Source: Podospora anserina
Lineage: Eukaryota
DNA length: 64,000 nucleotides
NCBI GenBank assembly: GCA_017654855.1
Contig: CM030335.1
Location: 3,782,001-3,846,000 of the forward strand
Direction of reading: 5' to 3'
Under the pieces are notes generated by a model, which saw nothing but the letters and a program-made list of their open reading frames with translations, did no database searches and was not told where the DNA came from. A program made the translations under genes and the position numbers. Positions 1 to 13,122 of the stretch are shown one piece after another (position 1 is the first letter of the stretch; each line of letters begins with the position of its first letter).

Positions 1-319
1 CATGGGTCCATATCTCCGGGCTCGTCACCTTCATCCTGTCGGGCTCGAGGATGCCATTTGCCGTTGGGGATTGGGGGTCCATTCGGGGGGTCGGGGCCCA
101 TTTACCGCAGACAGCGGGCCGGAACCATTGGCCTTGGCAACAGCCCATGGGTTCATCTCCCGGGATTTGACCCCCCACCCCAGGTGCCAGTTGGGCATGC
201 TTGTTTTTGGTCATCCTCAAGTCTTTAAAACCTTCAACTGTGCTGCTTGTTTCCACCCTCGAGGTTATATCATTGCCTGCCGTTCGCTCTGTCGCTCAAG
301 CCAAACTGCACATCGCAAC

Positions 320-1469
320 ATGACCTTCCAGAAAGCTCCCAAAGGCACCATCGCCATCGAAGAGGCTGTCCTCGACCCCGCCGGCCTCAGTTGGATCTCT
401 GCCTCGGCGCCTCTCTTCAACCCAGGACATCGCCAAACACCTCCGCACTCGCCTTCCGGCTCTCCTCCCGGTTCTCCTACCCGTCACTCTCACCTTACAT
501 CTCTTCTCCAAGATGTCCACACTACCCGCCTTCACCAGATGGACACACATGGCGTGGAATACATGCTTCTGTCTTTAACCTCCCCCGGACCCCAAGGCGA
601 ATCAGACCCTGCCAAAGCCGCGATCATCGCCCGTGAGGCCAATAACTGGCTTTCAGAGCAAGTGAAACTCAACCCAGCGCGTTTCGGGGGTCTCGCGTCA
701 GTTTCCATGCACAACTCTGCTGATGCTTCAGCTGAAGCAGTTCGGGCAGTGAAGGAACTGGGATTTTTCGGTCTGATCATCAACGACTACCAGGACTCCT
801 CACCTGGTGCTCCCAACGCGGACAAGGAAGGCAAGATCTACTACGACGGTGAAGGATTTCACGAGTTTTGGAAGACTGTTGAAGAACTGGACGTGCCAGT
901 GTACTTGCACCCTCGATACCCGGCGGCACTGGACCTCGAGCCTGGGACCAAATGGGGAGATAGGAAGCAGATTCTCGGGGCTGCGGTTCAGTTCCATTTG
1001 GATCTGAGCACGCATGTGTACGCACTGTGTTCATCGGGCGTATTCGATCTCTTTCCACGAGTCAAGGTCGTTATTGGACACTTGGGAGAAGGGCGAGTCG
1101 TCAATATGTGTCATCTACGTGATTTCAACTGCTAACGTGACGTCCAGGATTCCCTTCAATCTTTGGAGGGCAGACCACTGGTATAACAAACCCGTGAAGA
1201 AGGCCACCCGACCGTCCAAGGAGGACTACACCTACTATTTCACCCACAACATTTCCATCACCACGTCGGGAAACTTTAACGAGCCAGGCCTCAAGTTTTG
1301 CATAGATCAAATTGGAGTGGAACGGTGTCTATTCTCAATTGATTATCCATACGACACCATTGCAGAGGCACAATACTGGTGGCACGGCGTGGACTTGCCA
1401 GCCGATCAGAAAGAGCTGGTAGCAAGGGGAAACGCCATCCGTTTGTTCAAACTGCCATTGGATCCTTGA
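320..1469 (+). CDS. Amidohydrolase_2 family non-oxidative aromatic acid decarboxylase (2,3-dihydroxybenzoate/gamma-resorcylate/salicylate decarboxylase-like)
   Basis: Motifs IAIEEA, RLHQMD..GVEYMLLSLTSPGPQ, VPVYLHP, GVFDLFPRVKVVIGHLGE, TTSGNF and FSIDYPY. One intron 1093..1147 (GC donor, CTAAC branch, CAG acceptor) joins the two ORF-track pieces as GHLGEGIPF. Confidence 0.85.
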
Positions 1470-2048
1470 TTCCTAGGTACCTGGTCGCTTGGCGGAACTC
1501 GGCTTTGGGGGTTTTCGACAACGGCTTTTGTCTTTATATTCACGATACGTCTGGTTTCTTTTCGGTTGTGTACCTTATAGGGCGATAGGATTTTGGCTTG
1601 TATTTGGTCTTTGCCATAGTACCTATGCCTTGCTTGTTTGTCTAGGTATTCTACCTTTCGGTGGTGTACGTCTGTTGGAATCTTAACCTTTTCGCTGCGA
1701 AGTGAACAACCCCACGAAGTGGAAACTGCCGGTTACCTTATCATGCCAGGCTGTCCATTTGCGGATGGGTAAAAGCAAGTTGTTAATTACCGCCTACCAC
1801 GGCTCATCTCCCGGCCCTTCACAATCAAGGTAGTAGTGCTCAATATCATGAGATTCTATCTCAGTGTCACCCTGTGCTGTAACTTGACGTCAGATTCAAC
1901 ATAGCGTCAAATTTATAAACCACCTTCAATATGTACCAGACTTCCTTTTGCCGCGTTCAGCTGTTTGAGTATATAGGGATGCCGTGTGTTGTGATACTGC
2001 AGATCATTGTCGTTTCTGCCACGGTAATCCTCCTACCGATCAAGGACG

Positions 2049-3763
2049 ATGATTGCCTCATTTCTTGTCCTGTGGTTAGCCTTGTCCGGGCAAGCGTTAT
2101 GTCTCACTTCAGGCCAGAGTGATGACACCTGCATTTGCACTGGTGTCGATTATCTTGACCACGAAATATATCTCGTTGATGGGACAAGAAACGGAAACTT
2201 CAGTTTTGCCTCAACATTTGAAGGTAATAGCGCCTCCAAACTTCTTTGAACTTGAAAGAACTGTCCCTAACTACCTTACCAACATGAACAGGCGCCTGTG
2301 AAAATGTAGATATCACACCAATTCTGCAGGACTACGACAGCAATCAGTTTCCCTGCTCCCAGATCACTCCAGGCCCTCCTGAGTCCATTCAAATATCAAC
2401 ATGGTACAATCTTTTGTAGATTCATGCCCAAGTAACGAAGGTATGCTGACCGCAGTTTCAGCTCGATCTCTTATTTCGACTTGTACTCAGGCAATTGGAT
2501 CATTGTTCTCCCTCACTCAGACACAGGCTTTGTGGAAACCCGTCCATTTGAAATAATCGTCTCTCGTCCGTTAACAACTCTAACGAGTGTGAGGTCAACC
2601 TCAACACCTTCACGGATAGCAAGTAAGCAGAACTACATATATCTCGCTGCTCGAGACCCGTGATATACTAATTCGTTTCTTGTTTTGACTTCAAGCTGTG
2701 ACTACAACACTCACCGCAACATCAACCTCGCAAACCACTACTCGCATTACCATCCCTAACCAGTCCGTTGGGATTGTGACTGTCCCTTGCAATACTGCTT
2801 CAACGGTCACGACAACAGATCGATTGCCTCCCTCTACCATTACTGAATGGCGAACCATCATCCGGACGACGGCCTCAGGTCGAGTAACAAGTTCCACCTT
2901 TGTTACCAGCACACTCACGCCCGTGTGTCGGATTCCATCCTCGACGATGCCAGTGCGAGTTACTACTGCAGTTCTTACGCTTACAAGACCGCCTTCAACA
3001 ACCTCTACAACAAGCCCCTTGACAGGTGCTTTCACGTTTACAGCTTCCGGATCTATCTGTGCTGGAAATCCTCCCTGGGGTCCAGGGAACGGTGGTGGCG
3101 GGGGCAGTTGGGGGCCAGGAAGAGGCGGTGGATGGGGACCGGGAGGTGGAGGGAACTGGGGTGGTCCAGGTGGTGGCTGGGGTGGAGGAAATGACCTGCC
3201 TCCCTGGGTGACTTGTAGACCCCCTGGTGCAGCTCCTACCGCTAGTGGTAAATGGGGGGGTTGGGGAAGAAGGCAGGCCGTAGAGACGCGGACGGAAACA
3301 GTGACTGTCACTCGAGTTGGTGAGTTGTTGTTGCAATCTTTCCTCTTGATGAAGGTTAAGTATAGTTGGACTAACAGTTCTATTCGACAGTGGTGAGCAC
3401 AGTTACACAGACAATGTGAGTGTCCATTCTTTGTCGTGGCGTAGTACCTTGACTAGGTAAACTAATGTTGTGTGGTCTGCAGTACTCCACCAGCAAGGAC
3501 AGTGTGCGTTTGGCAGAGGGATGCTACCCAAGTTGTGACCGTAACAGGCCCAGCTTTAACGGTGTTGAGCCCTGTTACTGCTGTTACTGGTGTGGTTGAG
3601 ACAATCTTTGTTACGTGAGTGTTTACATGCAGACTCATCTTGAAAATGAAGTACTATATAGCTAACGCAATATAGGCAAACCATTCTCGGTGTATCAACC
3701 AATTCCGCATCCGCGACTGCTTGTTCACGAGCGGGTGGGGTGTATGGGGTCAGTCAGGGGTAG
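2049..3763 (+). CDS. Secreted Ser/Thr-rich protein with a Gly/Trp/Pro low-complexity segment (multi-exon; putative cell-wall or surface protein)
   Basis: Signal peptide MIASFLVLWLALSGQALC, a Cys-containing N-terminal domain, a long Thr-rich exon (2698..3318) and several GT..CTAAC/CTGAC..AG introns. The last exon ends ACSRAGGVYGVSQG-stop at 3763. Exon boundaries are approximate. Confidence 0.6.
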
Positions 3764-4246
3764 ATGTGATTGGAAAGGGGGTTACGGGGTTAGGGTTACC
3801 CCCTGAGTTCAGGGGCTTGTTTTGCGTTCAGCTGCTGAAGGCTGTCCGACGTCAACATGACCTTTTTCCTCCCAAACTGGGTGGTTAGATTCAGATGAAC
3901 CATGATTCTAGCCAAGAACCTTGCAATATCTCCCAATATACCCAGCTTCTCACCTCTTTAGCCTGTACTCGTTCACTCATAACCGCATCGACACCATCAA
4001 CCCAATTAGCCGCCTGGATTTCTCCATTGTCCGATCATATCTCCACGAATAATAGATTTCCAAATAAGAAACGGGAATGCAAATGCATCCCCCACGTGGC
4101 ATTCCAGATTCTTGGGTTGCAGCATGGGTCCACACAGGTGTAAATCTCTGGTCAGGTTTATCAACTGAATCTTCCTGCGATTCCAACAGAGAATTCAGAA
4201 GAACCACTGCAGTCATTCCTGAGTTGTCTTGTTTTGCTGGCTTACA

Positions 4247-5503
4247 ATGAATTTCCACCTTTTCCTTTTGTCTTCTGCGTTTGTGGCGGTCTCTGGCCAG
4301 CTCGACAAGGTTGCGAAAGAAGCCGGACTCCTGTACTTTGGCACCGCAGTCGATAACCCCAGTCTCAACAACCAAAATTATCTCCGTATCGCTCGTGATC
4401 CCGCTGAGTTTGGCTCGCTCACTCCGGCCAACGGACAGAAGTGGTCCAACACCCAGGCGAGCCAGGGGCGCTTCACTTACGGGAGTGGTGATGCGATAGC
4501 TAATATTGCACGACAGACAGGCCAGCAGTTGAGATGCCATACCTTGGTGTGGTATAACCAGTTGCCTGGATGGGGTCAGTCCAGTCAAACCAAAGAAGCG
4601 TCCGCGATGTGTGTGTGTTAACTGGGTAAACACAGTCAGCAGCGTCTACAGTCGCGATCAGATGCAACAAATCATTACCGCACATATCCAGAATGTGGCT
4701 GGACACTATAAGGGACGGTGCTATGCCTGGGACGTGGTCAATGAAGCTATGGAGGATGACGGAAGATACCGCAACAATCCTAGTATGCCCATTGTCCCCT
4801 GCCCCTTATGATTACCATGGGATGTTGACAATGACCAAAAAATAGTGTACCGAGCCATGGGAGTTGACTACATCACACACTCCTTCAAGGTAGCCCAGCA
4901 AACTGACCCCGCCGCGAAGCTCTATTACAACGATTTCAACATTGAGCGATGCTGCAACGCCAAGATCAATGCCACCATCGCCATGATTCGCACTGTTAAG
5001 ACCGCGGGGGCTCCCGTTCACGGAATCGGCATGCAGGGTCACTCCCGGGTGGGCATGTCACCCTCCAAGCGAGAGATGAAGGAGACCATGGCTCGGTTCT
5101 CTGAGCTTGTCGACGAAGTTGCCTTCACCGAGGTTGATATTCGCCACACCAAGCTACCGATCGGGGCGGCCGAGAGGGAACAGCAAGGGAAAGATTACAT
5201 GGAAGTTGTAGGGGCATGCTTGGAGATGCCAAAGTGCGTCGGGATCACTGTATGGGATTTCACTGACCAGGTTTGTGACATCGTTTCTCCGCAAGGAAGT
5301 TTGCTGACAAGATGCGATGCAAGTATTCGTGGATCCCTCAACAGTATCCTGGGGAGGGAGAGGCGTGTCTATGGGATAGGAATTATAACAAGAAGCCAGC
5401 CTATCACAGCATCGTTGGACTACTGCAGAGTGCTGCGAGTTCTGGTCTTAGAACGTCCGCGACACCCGCACCAGCGGCTGCTGTTGCTGTTACTGCGGCT
5501 TGA
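4247..5503 (+). CDS. Glycoside hydrolase family 10 endo-1,4-beta-xylanase (secreted, no CBM)
   Basis: Signal peptide, YFGTAVD, LTPANGQKW, RCHTLVWYNQLPGW, WDVVNEA (acid/base Glu), KLYYNDFNIE, GIGMQGH, FTEVD (nucleophile Glu) and CVGITVWDFTD. Split by introns across ORFs 4229, 4611, 4845 and 5312. Confidence 0.93.
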
Positions 5504-7430
5504 CAGCGGCCGATAGATCGAAAAGAAATGTCCTGCTGAGGCTACATCATGAACTTTTTGCCTCAATGCGGGCCAATATGCTCCCTTGTAGGATGTGATA
5601 ACGACTGTTAGCGTTACCTCTGTCACAATCCTTTATCGATCAACACAAGGAAAGGTCTGCAGAAGGATCAAATTGTGGAATCTAAACCAGCAGTGTTGAG
5701 GCAAAAATGACAGTCACACGCACATGGTTCTCAACGCAAGTCGGGCACACTCATCACACCGAGTAATACCCCACCCCAAGTTGACATAAAAGCAAACAGA
5801 ACCCGAGTTACTAAGATGGGCAAGGAAGCGTCATCGTCGGAACATGCGGCAAGTTGGTAGCTGCCGTCAACTTCGCCCCGGGCAGCTGCCATGCGACGGA
5901 GAATGTAATTTGCGTTGAAAAACAGGTATATCGCCCACCTGCGCCCTTTTGTGAAGAAGCCGTGGGATCATATGCACAAAAGGGAATGTCCAACAGTGGG
6001 AAAAGCGTGCCGACAAATGCAAGATGGCTGAAGTTCAGTGTCACCTGGATATGGGCATGTCTTGCGAGCATAGCGCAGCTGAGGCGGGTAGTCCGGCAAG
6101 AGAAATCCTGACAAGGAAAAGTTCTGGCTGCCAGGTCTGACTGTTCAATAGGTACCTGAATAGGTGGGTGTGGTGTAGACCAGCGAGACTGCATTTCAGG
6201 TAGGCGAGTGGTAACACGGTGTATGAGGACCATTTCTACCCAGCCTGGAATCAGAAGATAAAATCTGATTGGTAGGAGCTGTACGAACTCTTGATAAAGC
6301 GGCAGTGAGTCGTGTTTCTCTGCTCGGCCTTTTCAAAAACAGACCAGAAAGTAAGACAGGCCAAGCAAAGCAAGGCAGCTTGGAAACCGGTGTTGCTTGG
6401 TACCTAACATCGAAGGTAGGTCCAGTTCCGATCCCACCACACCGAAGTCCTTTTGCTACTTTTCACACAGCCATTCGTCAAAAACAAAAGACCGTCGGTT
6501 TTTGAGACTCCCGAGTCGCCTATCTGCTGCAAACATTCGTTAGTTGACATCCACGCCGCCCGCGTGGCATTGTCAGGGATCAGTGCCGTGGGAAGGATTA
6601 TGGGTCTCATCCTGTTGGTGATACAACCGCCGTTGGGCGGTGTAGTGATGGTGGTGTGGGCTGTTCTGACGATGGGGGCCGGCTTACCGCTGCATTTAGT
6701 TCACGTGAACTTCATTCGGAGTCCCCTTGTGTGACGCTTCCATGACCACACAGCTCTGCTTGATTGGTCTTGCAAGAGGTCGAATGCTTTCATTCGTCAG
6801 CCCTATGGTGCAAGACTGCGGCACCAAGCCGGATCCTGTGAGCACACACCCACACCATTCAAGGGGGGTTTTGTGGCTTGTAGGTATTTCGACGTGGCTT
6901 CCATACCTATCTGAGTCCTCCAATGCATGATTGCCTGATCTTCCTCGCATCTGCATTCCCGATTGAAGCCGCATATCTGAGGAGTGCGGTAGGTACTTAG
7001 TCACATGGAGTCAATGCATCCGGTCTGATAGATACTCTGTTGGAGCAGATTCACCGACCTCTGGCTAAGTGGTACACCCTTCCTACCTGCCGGCTACCGT
7101 AGCTATGATATGTGTGTAGAATAAAGACGCCGTGGCGTCTCTCGACAGATGTAGTAGCCGCGTTCACCTCCAACAGGGGCAGTGCCCCTCCTTTATGCTG
7201 CCTGACAGAGTGTGTGGAGCAAAGACATCGTTGACCCAGACCAATTGCCGCTTGTTATTTCCATTTGGATGCAGAGGTCAAGGGCATGTACCATGATTGG
7301 AGCTGAAGTGTCTATTTCGTGATGGTGGCCGTCTCCAGATCCTTCTATAAAACGAGGACCTGATGCCGCATCCCTTACATGTTCTCTTCAAATAATTTCA
7401 CAACTTCTCAGACCAGTACCTAGAAACATT

Positions 7431-8736
7431 ATGTCAGTCATGACACACACACCAGAGACACCAGTGGCACGAATCGCTGCCCTAATACATGGTCAATCCC
7501 TCCGCCTCCCAAGCCTTCAGCCTGTGCTTTCGAACTGGCCGACACTGTTGAGCCCTCACTATGCTGAACTCAAAAGGAAGGTCGGCATGAAAATCGACGA
7601 GTGGATTTCTGACGAGCGCGTTCGACGAAAGGCACAAATCATTGACTTGCCATTGTTTTCTTCAATGTGTGTGATCACCCCTTCTCTTCTCTGGAAAGCA
7701 AGATGGTGCTTTTTCATCATGAACTCACTAACCATCTCTATTTCGTAGCTGGTACCCTCACGCCACTCTGGACCGTCTTGAAATGATAACTTGGTACTCA
7801 ATGTGGATCTTCCTTTGGGACGATGTTATTGAAGATAGTGCGACTCCTGCCTCCGGGATTACCGACAAGGTTTCATGGATACACCACCAAGCACTGAAGT
7901 ACATGGAGTACCATCTCGGCCTTTCATCCTCCCTCGAAGAACCAATACCCCCCACCAAATACTGCACATTGTTCAGATATGCCGCCGAGCCGTTCCGGAA
8001 AGCATCAAGCCTCTTACAGAGAATCAGATTCTATGAAGAGCTCAAGGTATACATGGATGGCTGTGAAGTCGAACAGGAGTTTGTGCGTGCTGGCGAGCTT
8101 CCGAGTTGGCGAGAGTATTGGTCGCACAGACTGGGCACCTCATCTGTGCATACCTACAGCGCTCTGGGCGAATATATGAGTGGCGGAAACATACCACCAG
8201 AAATGTTGGATACCCCTGAGCTAAAGGAGCTTTGGGTGGGAATCAACAGGCACATTGTCACGTAAGTCTTCCCGAACTGATTCAAGATGACAGAAAGCAC
8301 AACATTAATCGTTATTCACACCCAGTGTCAATGATCTAATATCATTCAAAAAGGAGGTTGACAAGTCAAGCTTCCATAGCCTCGTCCCAATTGTAATGAA
8401 TGAGACCGGCGCAAACTTGGACACGGTCGTCGACAGTTTAGTTGATACGCTGCGCAACATTGGAGACAGCATGAACCGAGCGGGGGATAGCCTGATTGCT
8501 CTCGCAGAGAACAGTCATGGAGCGCAAGGGAGGCAAAATATGGAACAGTATGTCCGGTGTTTTCAAACCAGCGCAACCGGGAATTACTGGTGGTCGTAAG
8601 TTCTGTTACTCAACCTGCACGGGAAACACACTGGTTTGAAAAGGGCCATACTGATTGATTCTGTAGACTCTTTTGTCGCCGTTACGGTGTAGAGCAATAT
8701 TTGCAAGCCGATGGGTCTCTTGTTGTACCTCTCTAG
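7431..8736 (+). CDS. Class I terpene synthase (probable sesquiterpene cyclase)
   Basis: Spliced model 7431-7666, 7749-8261, 8326-8595, 8667-8736 gives 362 aa. It contains the Asp-rich WDDVIED motif, the NSE-like NDLISFKKE motif and the C-terminal WxxxxxRY motif (WWSLFCRRY). Confidence 0.88.
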
Positions 8737-9490
8737 TCAAGCATGGTTGACTCTCGAGTCATGGGCGGTTTGGAAGAGATATCCTACATGAGAGGGGGTT
8801 CTTTGCATTTTTAGCATGGTCTTTGGCGTTTTTGAGGGTCGAGGTGCAGGGGAAGATAAGGTACTCAAGGTTGCCAGTTTTAGGTATGTAGAGAACGTAT
8901 TGAATATACTTACTTAGCTGTGTCTCTCATCTGGATGGTCCAGCAGATAACATGCCCACAATTGACAGATGCAAGCTGAGCGTTGTTCCTAATTACCTGT
9001 CTGTCTCCTCCATACTGGCGTGACGCGACTCAGACAAGGACCAAAAGGCTGCCTGGAAGGGCCTCCTGCGCCACGAAAACACAGTGTAGTGATAAGCAAA
9101 TCAGTTACTGTGAGGCCCTATCGTTTCGGACCGAGTTGCACTTCACGGCTCACAACTTGAGTTGGGGGTCGGGAGTCAGCACGGAATCTCGGAATCTAAC
9201 CACCCTTGTGTGGGGGTTAACAACCGTGAATGGCAGGCGCACACACGCTAATCTGCTAAGCGGGCTTACTGCAACACACCCAATTTGGCTTCATACAGGT
9301 ATCCGGGTTGTTGTGCGATCAGCAAGGTATTTTATCTGCTTTATTCAGGCACCACACGGCATCAAGCCTTCTTGTATCTATAAGCCCCTCCATGCCGCCT
9401 CTGGCTACCTAGCCCAATATCGTCGCTTCATGAACCAAGCTCCTCAAAGTACCTAGCTAATATGCACGCCAGAAAACCCAACGAATAATC

Positions 9491-11346
9491 ATGAGTAGAC
9501 ACGACGAGGAAAGCCGACACCATGTTGACCCCACAAAGTTCGACTGGTCACGATTCGCATTGTTGACTACTGTGGGAATCTGGTTTACTGTATTATCAAC
9601 AATATCGATCGCATTGGGTGTGTGGGGTGCACTACCAGCCTCCGCATCAGCATGCAAACCAGACGGATCCTTCAGTCCTTTTTCAGACGACTACATTTGG
9701 TGGTCTCGGCCGAGCTTTTTCGATATCACTTTTAAGGCTCAACCGATGTCTTTTGCCCAAGTAAAAGTAATTAATTTGGCGTGGGATTCTGGTATTTTCT
9801 CTATGCAGAAGCCTTGAAGCCTTCTTAGACTACCTATACTGATCCGTTTATCTTTCAAGGTTATCGGCAGAGCTGGACAAGCGCTTTTAGCCCGGGTCTT
9901 GTGGAAGGTCTTCGCCGCATACGTCGCGGTCATGTTTCAAAAACAACGAACAAAGTATGCAGCATACTACATAATCTCATCAAACAAGAGACCTCGTCTA
10001 CGACCATCTCTAGGCTAATAACTGAGCTGGGACCACGAAACATGCTCAGGTCCAGAGCTGTCATGGCCTTTGTGGTCCTTACATTCAACTTCATTTTGGC
10101 ATTCCCAACAATTACAAGTGCGATGACAGGTTATTCAACCAGCACGGAAGCATTTGTACAAAATATAAATAGGTAATGGGGACTACATCAAATAATCTAC
10201 CTTTGAGCTGGTTCAGTATATCATACATGATGGGGACCGGGTAGGCTTATCCAGAGACTATCATCTGTCTTACAGGGCCCCTGGAGACATCGGTGAGTTC
10301 ATTAATGCCACAAGACAAAACATCCATGTATACTGACCCTTACTCATCAGGTGGAGAACCTCTCATAAGTCGGACGGACTATCGTCCGAGTTGTAACCAC
10401 CTCCATGATCTCCCTGGTGAGAAGCGGCAGCTTCAAATGCACATCTGGAACTGTAGGTTCGTCGTGAATACTACACCCAAGCTTCGATACTGATCTGGCG
10501 AGACCAGATGTCCGGCGGTACGGGTTTTTTGGTCGCCTAAACATCAACACCACATGGGGAGATTGGGACAAGCATCTATCCGCGCCAGCCCTTGACATCT
10601 CAGCCTTCTACCTTCCACCAGTGGCCGATGTGCAGCCGGCGAGTCCAATGTTTCCGTGACGTGTGGCCACAACTGGCAGGATTCGTTGACAAAGAACTAC
10701 CCGTTCCGCAACACATCCAAGACGACATTCGCATCTGGCAATAGAACCTTTACGTTGGATTACATTCTGGCGAATGGCATCTGTCAGCCCATATCTGATT
10801 TTAGTTCGATATTTATGTGTCTGTCTGTTTGTCTGTCGAGAAGACGAGCTAATGAAACATAGAAATACCAGTGGGGATTCTCCTACCTTCAGCTGTACAT
10901 AGTTATCAATGTTGTCTTGCTTTGGTCAACGGGCATCTTCCTTTTGTGGCTCAAAGCACAGTTCAACTTGCCGCTGGCACAGTACGACCGAGTTCCACGG
11001 GAATGGGAGTGCATGCCGCACATGTCGCGCGAATTGCAAAAGCATCTCAAAAAGTCTGGCGTCGAGTCTTGACAGGATGCCGGACTACCAGCTCAAAGAG
11101 AGTGTCATGGACCATCTGGATGGAGGACAAATATCGTTCGGCGCTGAAATCGAGACTGACATGGTCATTTCTTTGGTAATGGGAATATTGAAATGGCTTC
11201 GGATCAACATATTCTGGGTTTTTGTGTTTCTTCTTCAGGCTTCCAGTGCAATTACAAGTATTTGTTTGCACCTGCTCTGGAGAGGATCAAGGCGTCTTCT
11301 AGCTCTGACCCACCTGAGCTGGTTCATTACGTATCTACTTTGTTGA
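9491..11346 (+). pseudogene. Degenerate gene for a multi-pass fungal membrane protein of unknown function
   Basis: Protein-like segments continue across different frames: ACKPDGSFS..FFDIT..MSFAQVKVINLAWD, VIGRAGQALLA, AFPTITSAMTGY, IHDGDRVGL, NGICQP and YQWGFSYLQL. There is an apparent frameshift near 9975 and an in-frame stop at 10174-10176 with no splice signals to rescue them. Confidence 0.6.
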
Positions 11347-11765
11347 TCAGAAGGACCAGATTTCTGATTGTTATTCTACCACTGGCATGGCTGGGGATAG
11401 GTCGTGAACTCTCTAGGCTTATGTCTCTTGTATCATAGATCAACTATCATAACAATGTTCCAACACAAGCGGTCATCGGGTGGTTTTGGCATCTCTGCTG
11501 GTTGCATCTTTTCTGACGTTGCTTATAATCTTGGCACCAAGATCCAGTTCTGTACTTTTCCAGGCTCGGGTGCGGATGAACGGAATATTAGCTCTCTTGA
11601 ACATGGGGTCAAGTCACTAGTCAGAACGAACAAGACAGGTTTGCTGCGGTGGAAGATGAACATTCAGAAGTCTCAGAGAACTGCAGGGCTAAAGTCAAGC
11701 CGACATGTACAAGCTCGACTGACTCGGAATGTCAACTGTTTTAGCTATCCCTACACATTTGGCGA

Positions 11766-13122
11766 TCATGAAGTTTGATGAGCTTCGTTCAAGGCTGCGT
11801 GCAATTCGCGCAGGGCATCATCGCGGTGCCGCTCAACGTCCAGGTCCAATATAAACTCCCACCTATGAAGAAATGAACCTGGCTCCCGCAAATATGCGTC
11901 AACCGCGTCGCCACCAAGCAGAATCTCTCCTGTTTCGCGACTGGACTGGACGATGCGTTGCGTCCTGGCACGCCTAACATGATCATACACCCCCAGTGCG
12001 ACTTTCGCCTCAGCCGCTGTCTTGACTTCACCAAGAAGAGACGACAATATCATGCTGTCCTCGAGGGACATTCCACCTCCCGATCCCTGCCACGGAGTAG
12101 TAGCATGCGCGGCATCGCCCATGATGCAAACCGGCCCAGAGACATAACGGCGCGCTGGAGCATGGTCCCAGAGATACATGGCTGGTTGTGTGGGTTGGGC
12201 ACAGAGCAGCTGTGCAACTTTTCAGTATATTGACTTCATTTCAGACGGGGTACCGGAGACAACTTACGGCATCAATTGCCTTGACCAAATGGTCAGGCCA
12301 TCCTTGAACTGCACTCTTGATTTCTTCCGAGCTCACCAGACGGTGCCACTCATCAGCTTTTCCTTCAGTTCTATCTCTGGCGGCAATGACGAACTGGACC
12401 AGTTGTCCTTTGCTGAGCAAGTTGTGCATCACAAATGACCCCTTGCCTATCCATGAATGTTCAAATGGACTGTCCAAATCGACCGCCTCCGTCCCGATAT
12501 TTGCCCGCGCTTGAGCATACGGTTGCAGAGTCATGGCGGTCCAAACACCAGTGTTTCGAGGTGCAGAAGCTGGGTCGTCTTCACCGAGTATGAATTTACG
12601 GACTGTGCTGTGAATGCCGTCCGCACCTATCAAAATGTCGGTCTTGTGAACTGTCCCATCTGTAAAGTGCATTGTGACCTCATCGCTATCCGCGTCAGTG
12701 GTGATGTTGCTGAGCTTTTTGGACGGATGCATTCGGTCTTGCGGAACGCTGCTCAGTAGTTCGCGGAGAAAATCGGCCCGGTGAACAATACTTGTAAGAC
12801 GTTTGTTCCCCGAACTGTCGTAGTCGACTTCATCCAACACAGTCCCCGGTTTGTCCCCCTGGGCAAGGAGGAACCGGACCCCGCGCATGGGCACTGCTCC
12901 AGCATTCTCGAGGGCTTTGACGGCGGCTGAACCGAGGAGATCGAGTGCTGTGAGTGCGTTGCGGGTAACTCCTATGGCCATCCCAGCTTCTTTGAACATT
13001 GGGGCCGATTCAAAGATATGCGCGTCCAACTGTGGATGTTTGAGGAGAGCTTGGATGAGTGAAGCACCTGCTAGGCCCCCTCCCGATATGGCGACGCGGA
13101 TGCGTGGAGGTTGGGATTCCAT
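11766..13122 (-). CDS. FAD-dependent monooxygenase (salicylate hydroxylase-like, class A aromatic hydroxylase)
   Basis: Rossmann motif VAISGGGLAG, DG motif ILIGADGIHS and GD motif MGDAAHATTPWQGSGG. Intron 12210..12267 (GTAAGT..CAG on the minus strand) joins the two ORFs. Confidence 0.92.

Noticed and set aside
2691-3311. Antisense Pro-rich 206-aa ORF
   Set aside because: It is the mirror of the Gly/Thr-rich sense exon and has no independent evidence.
3776-3815. Telomere-like GGGTTA repeats
   Set aside because: Only about 3 degenerate units just after a stop codon, too short to call an interstitial telomere.
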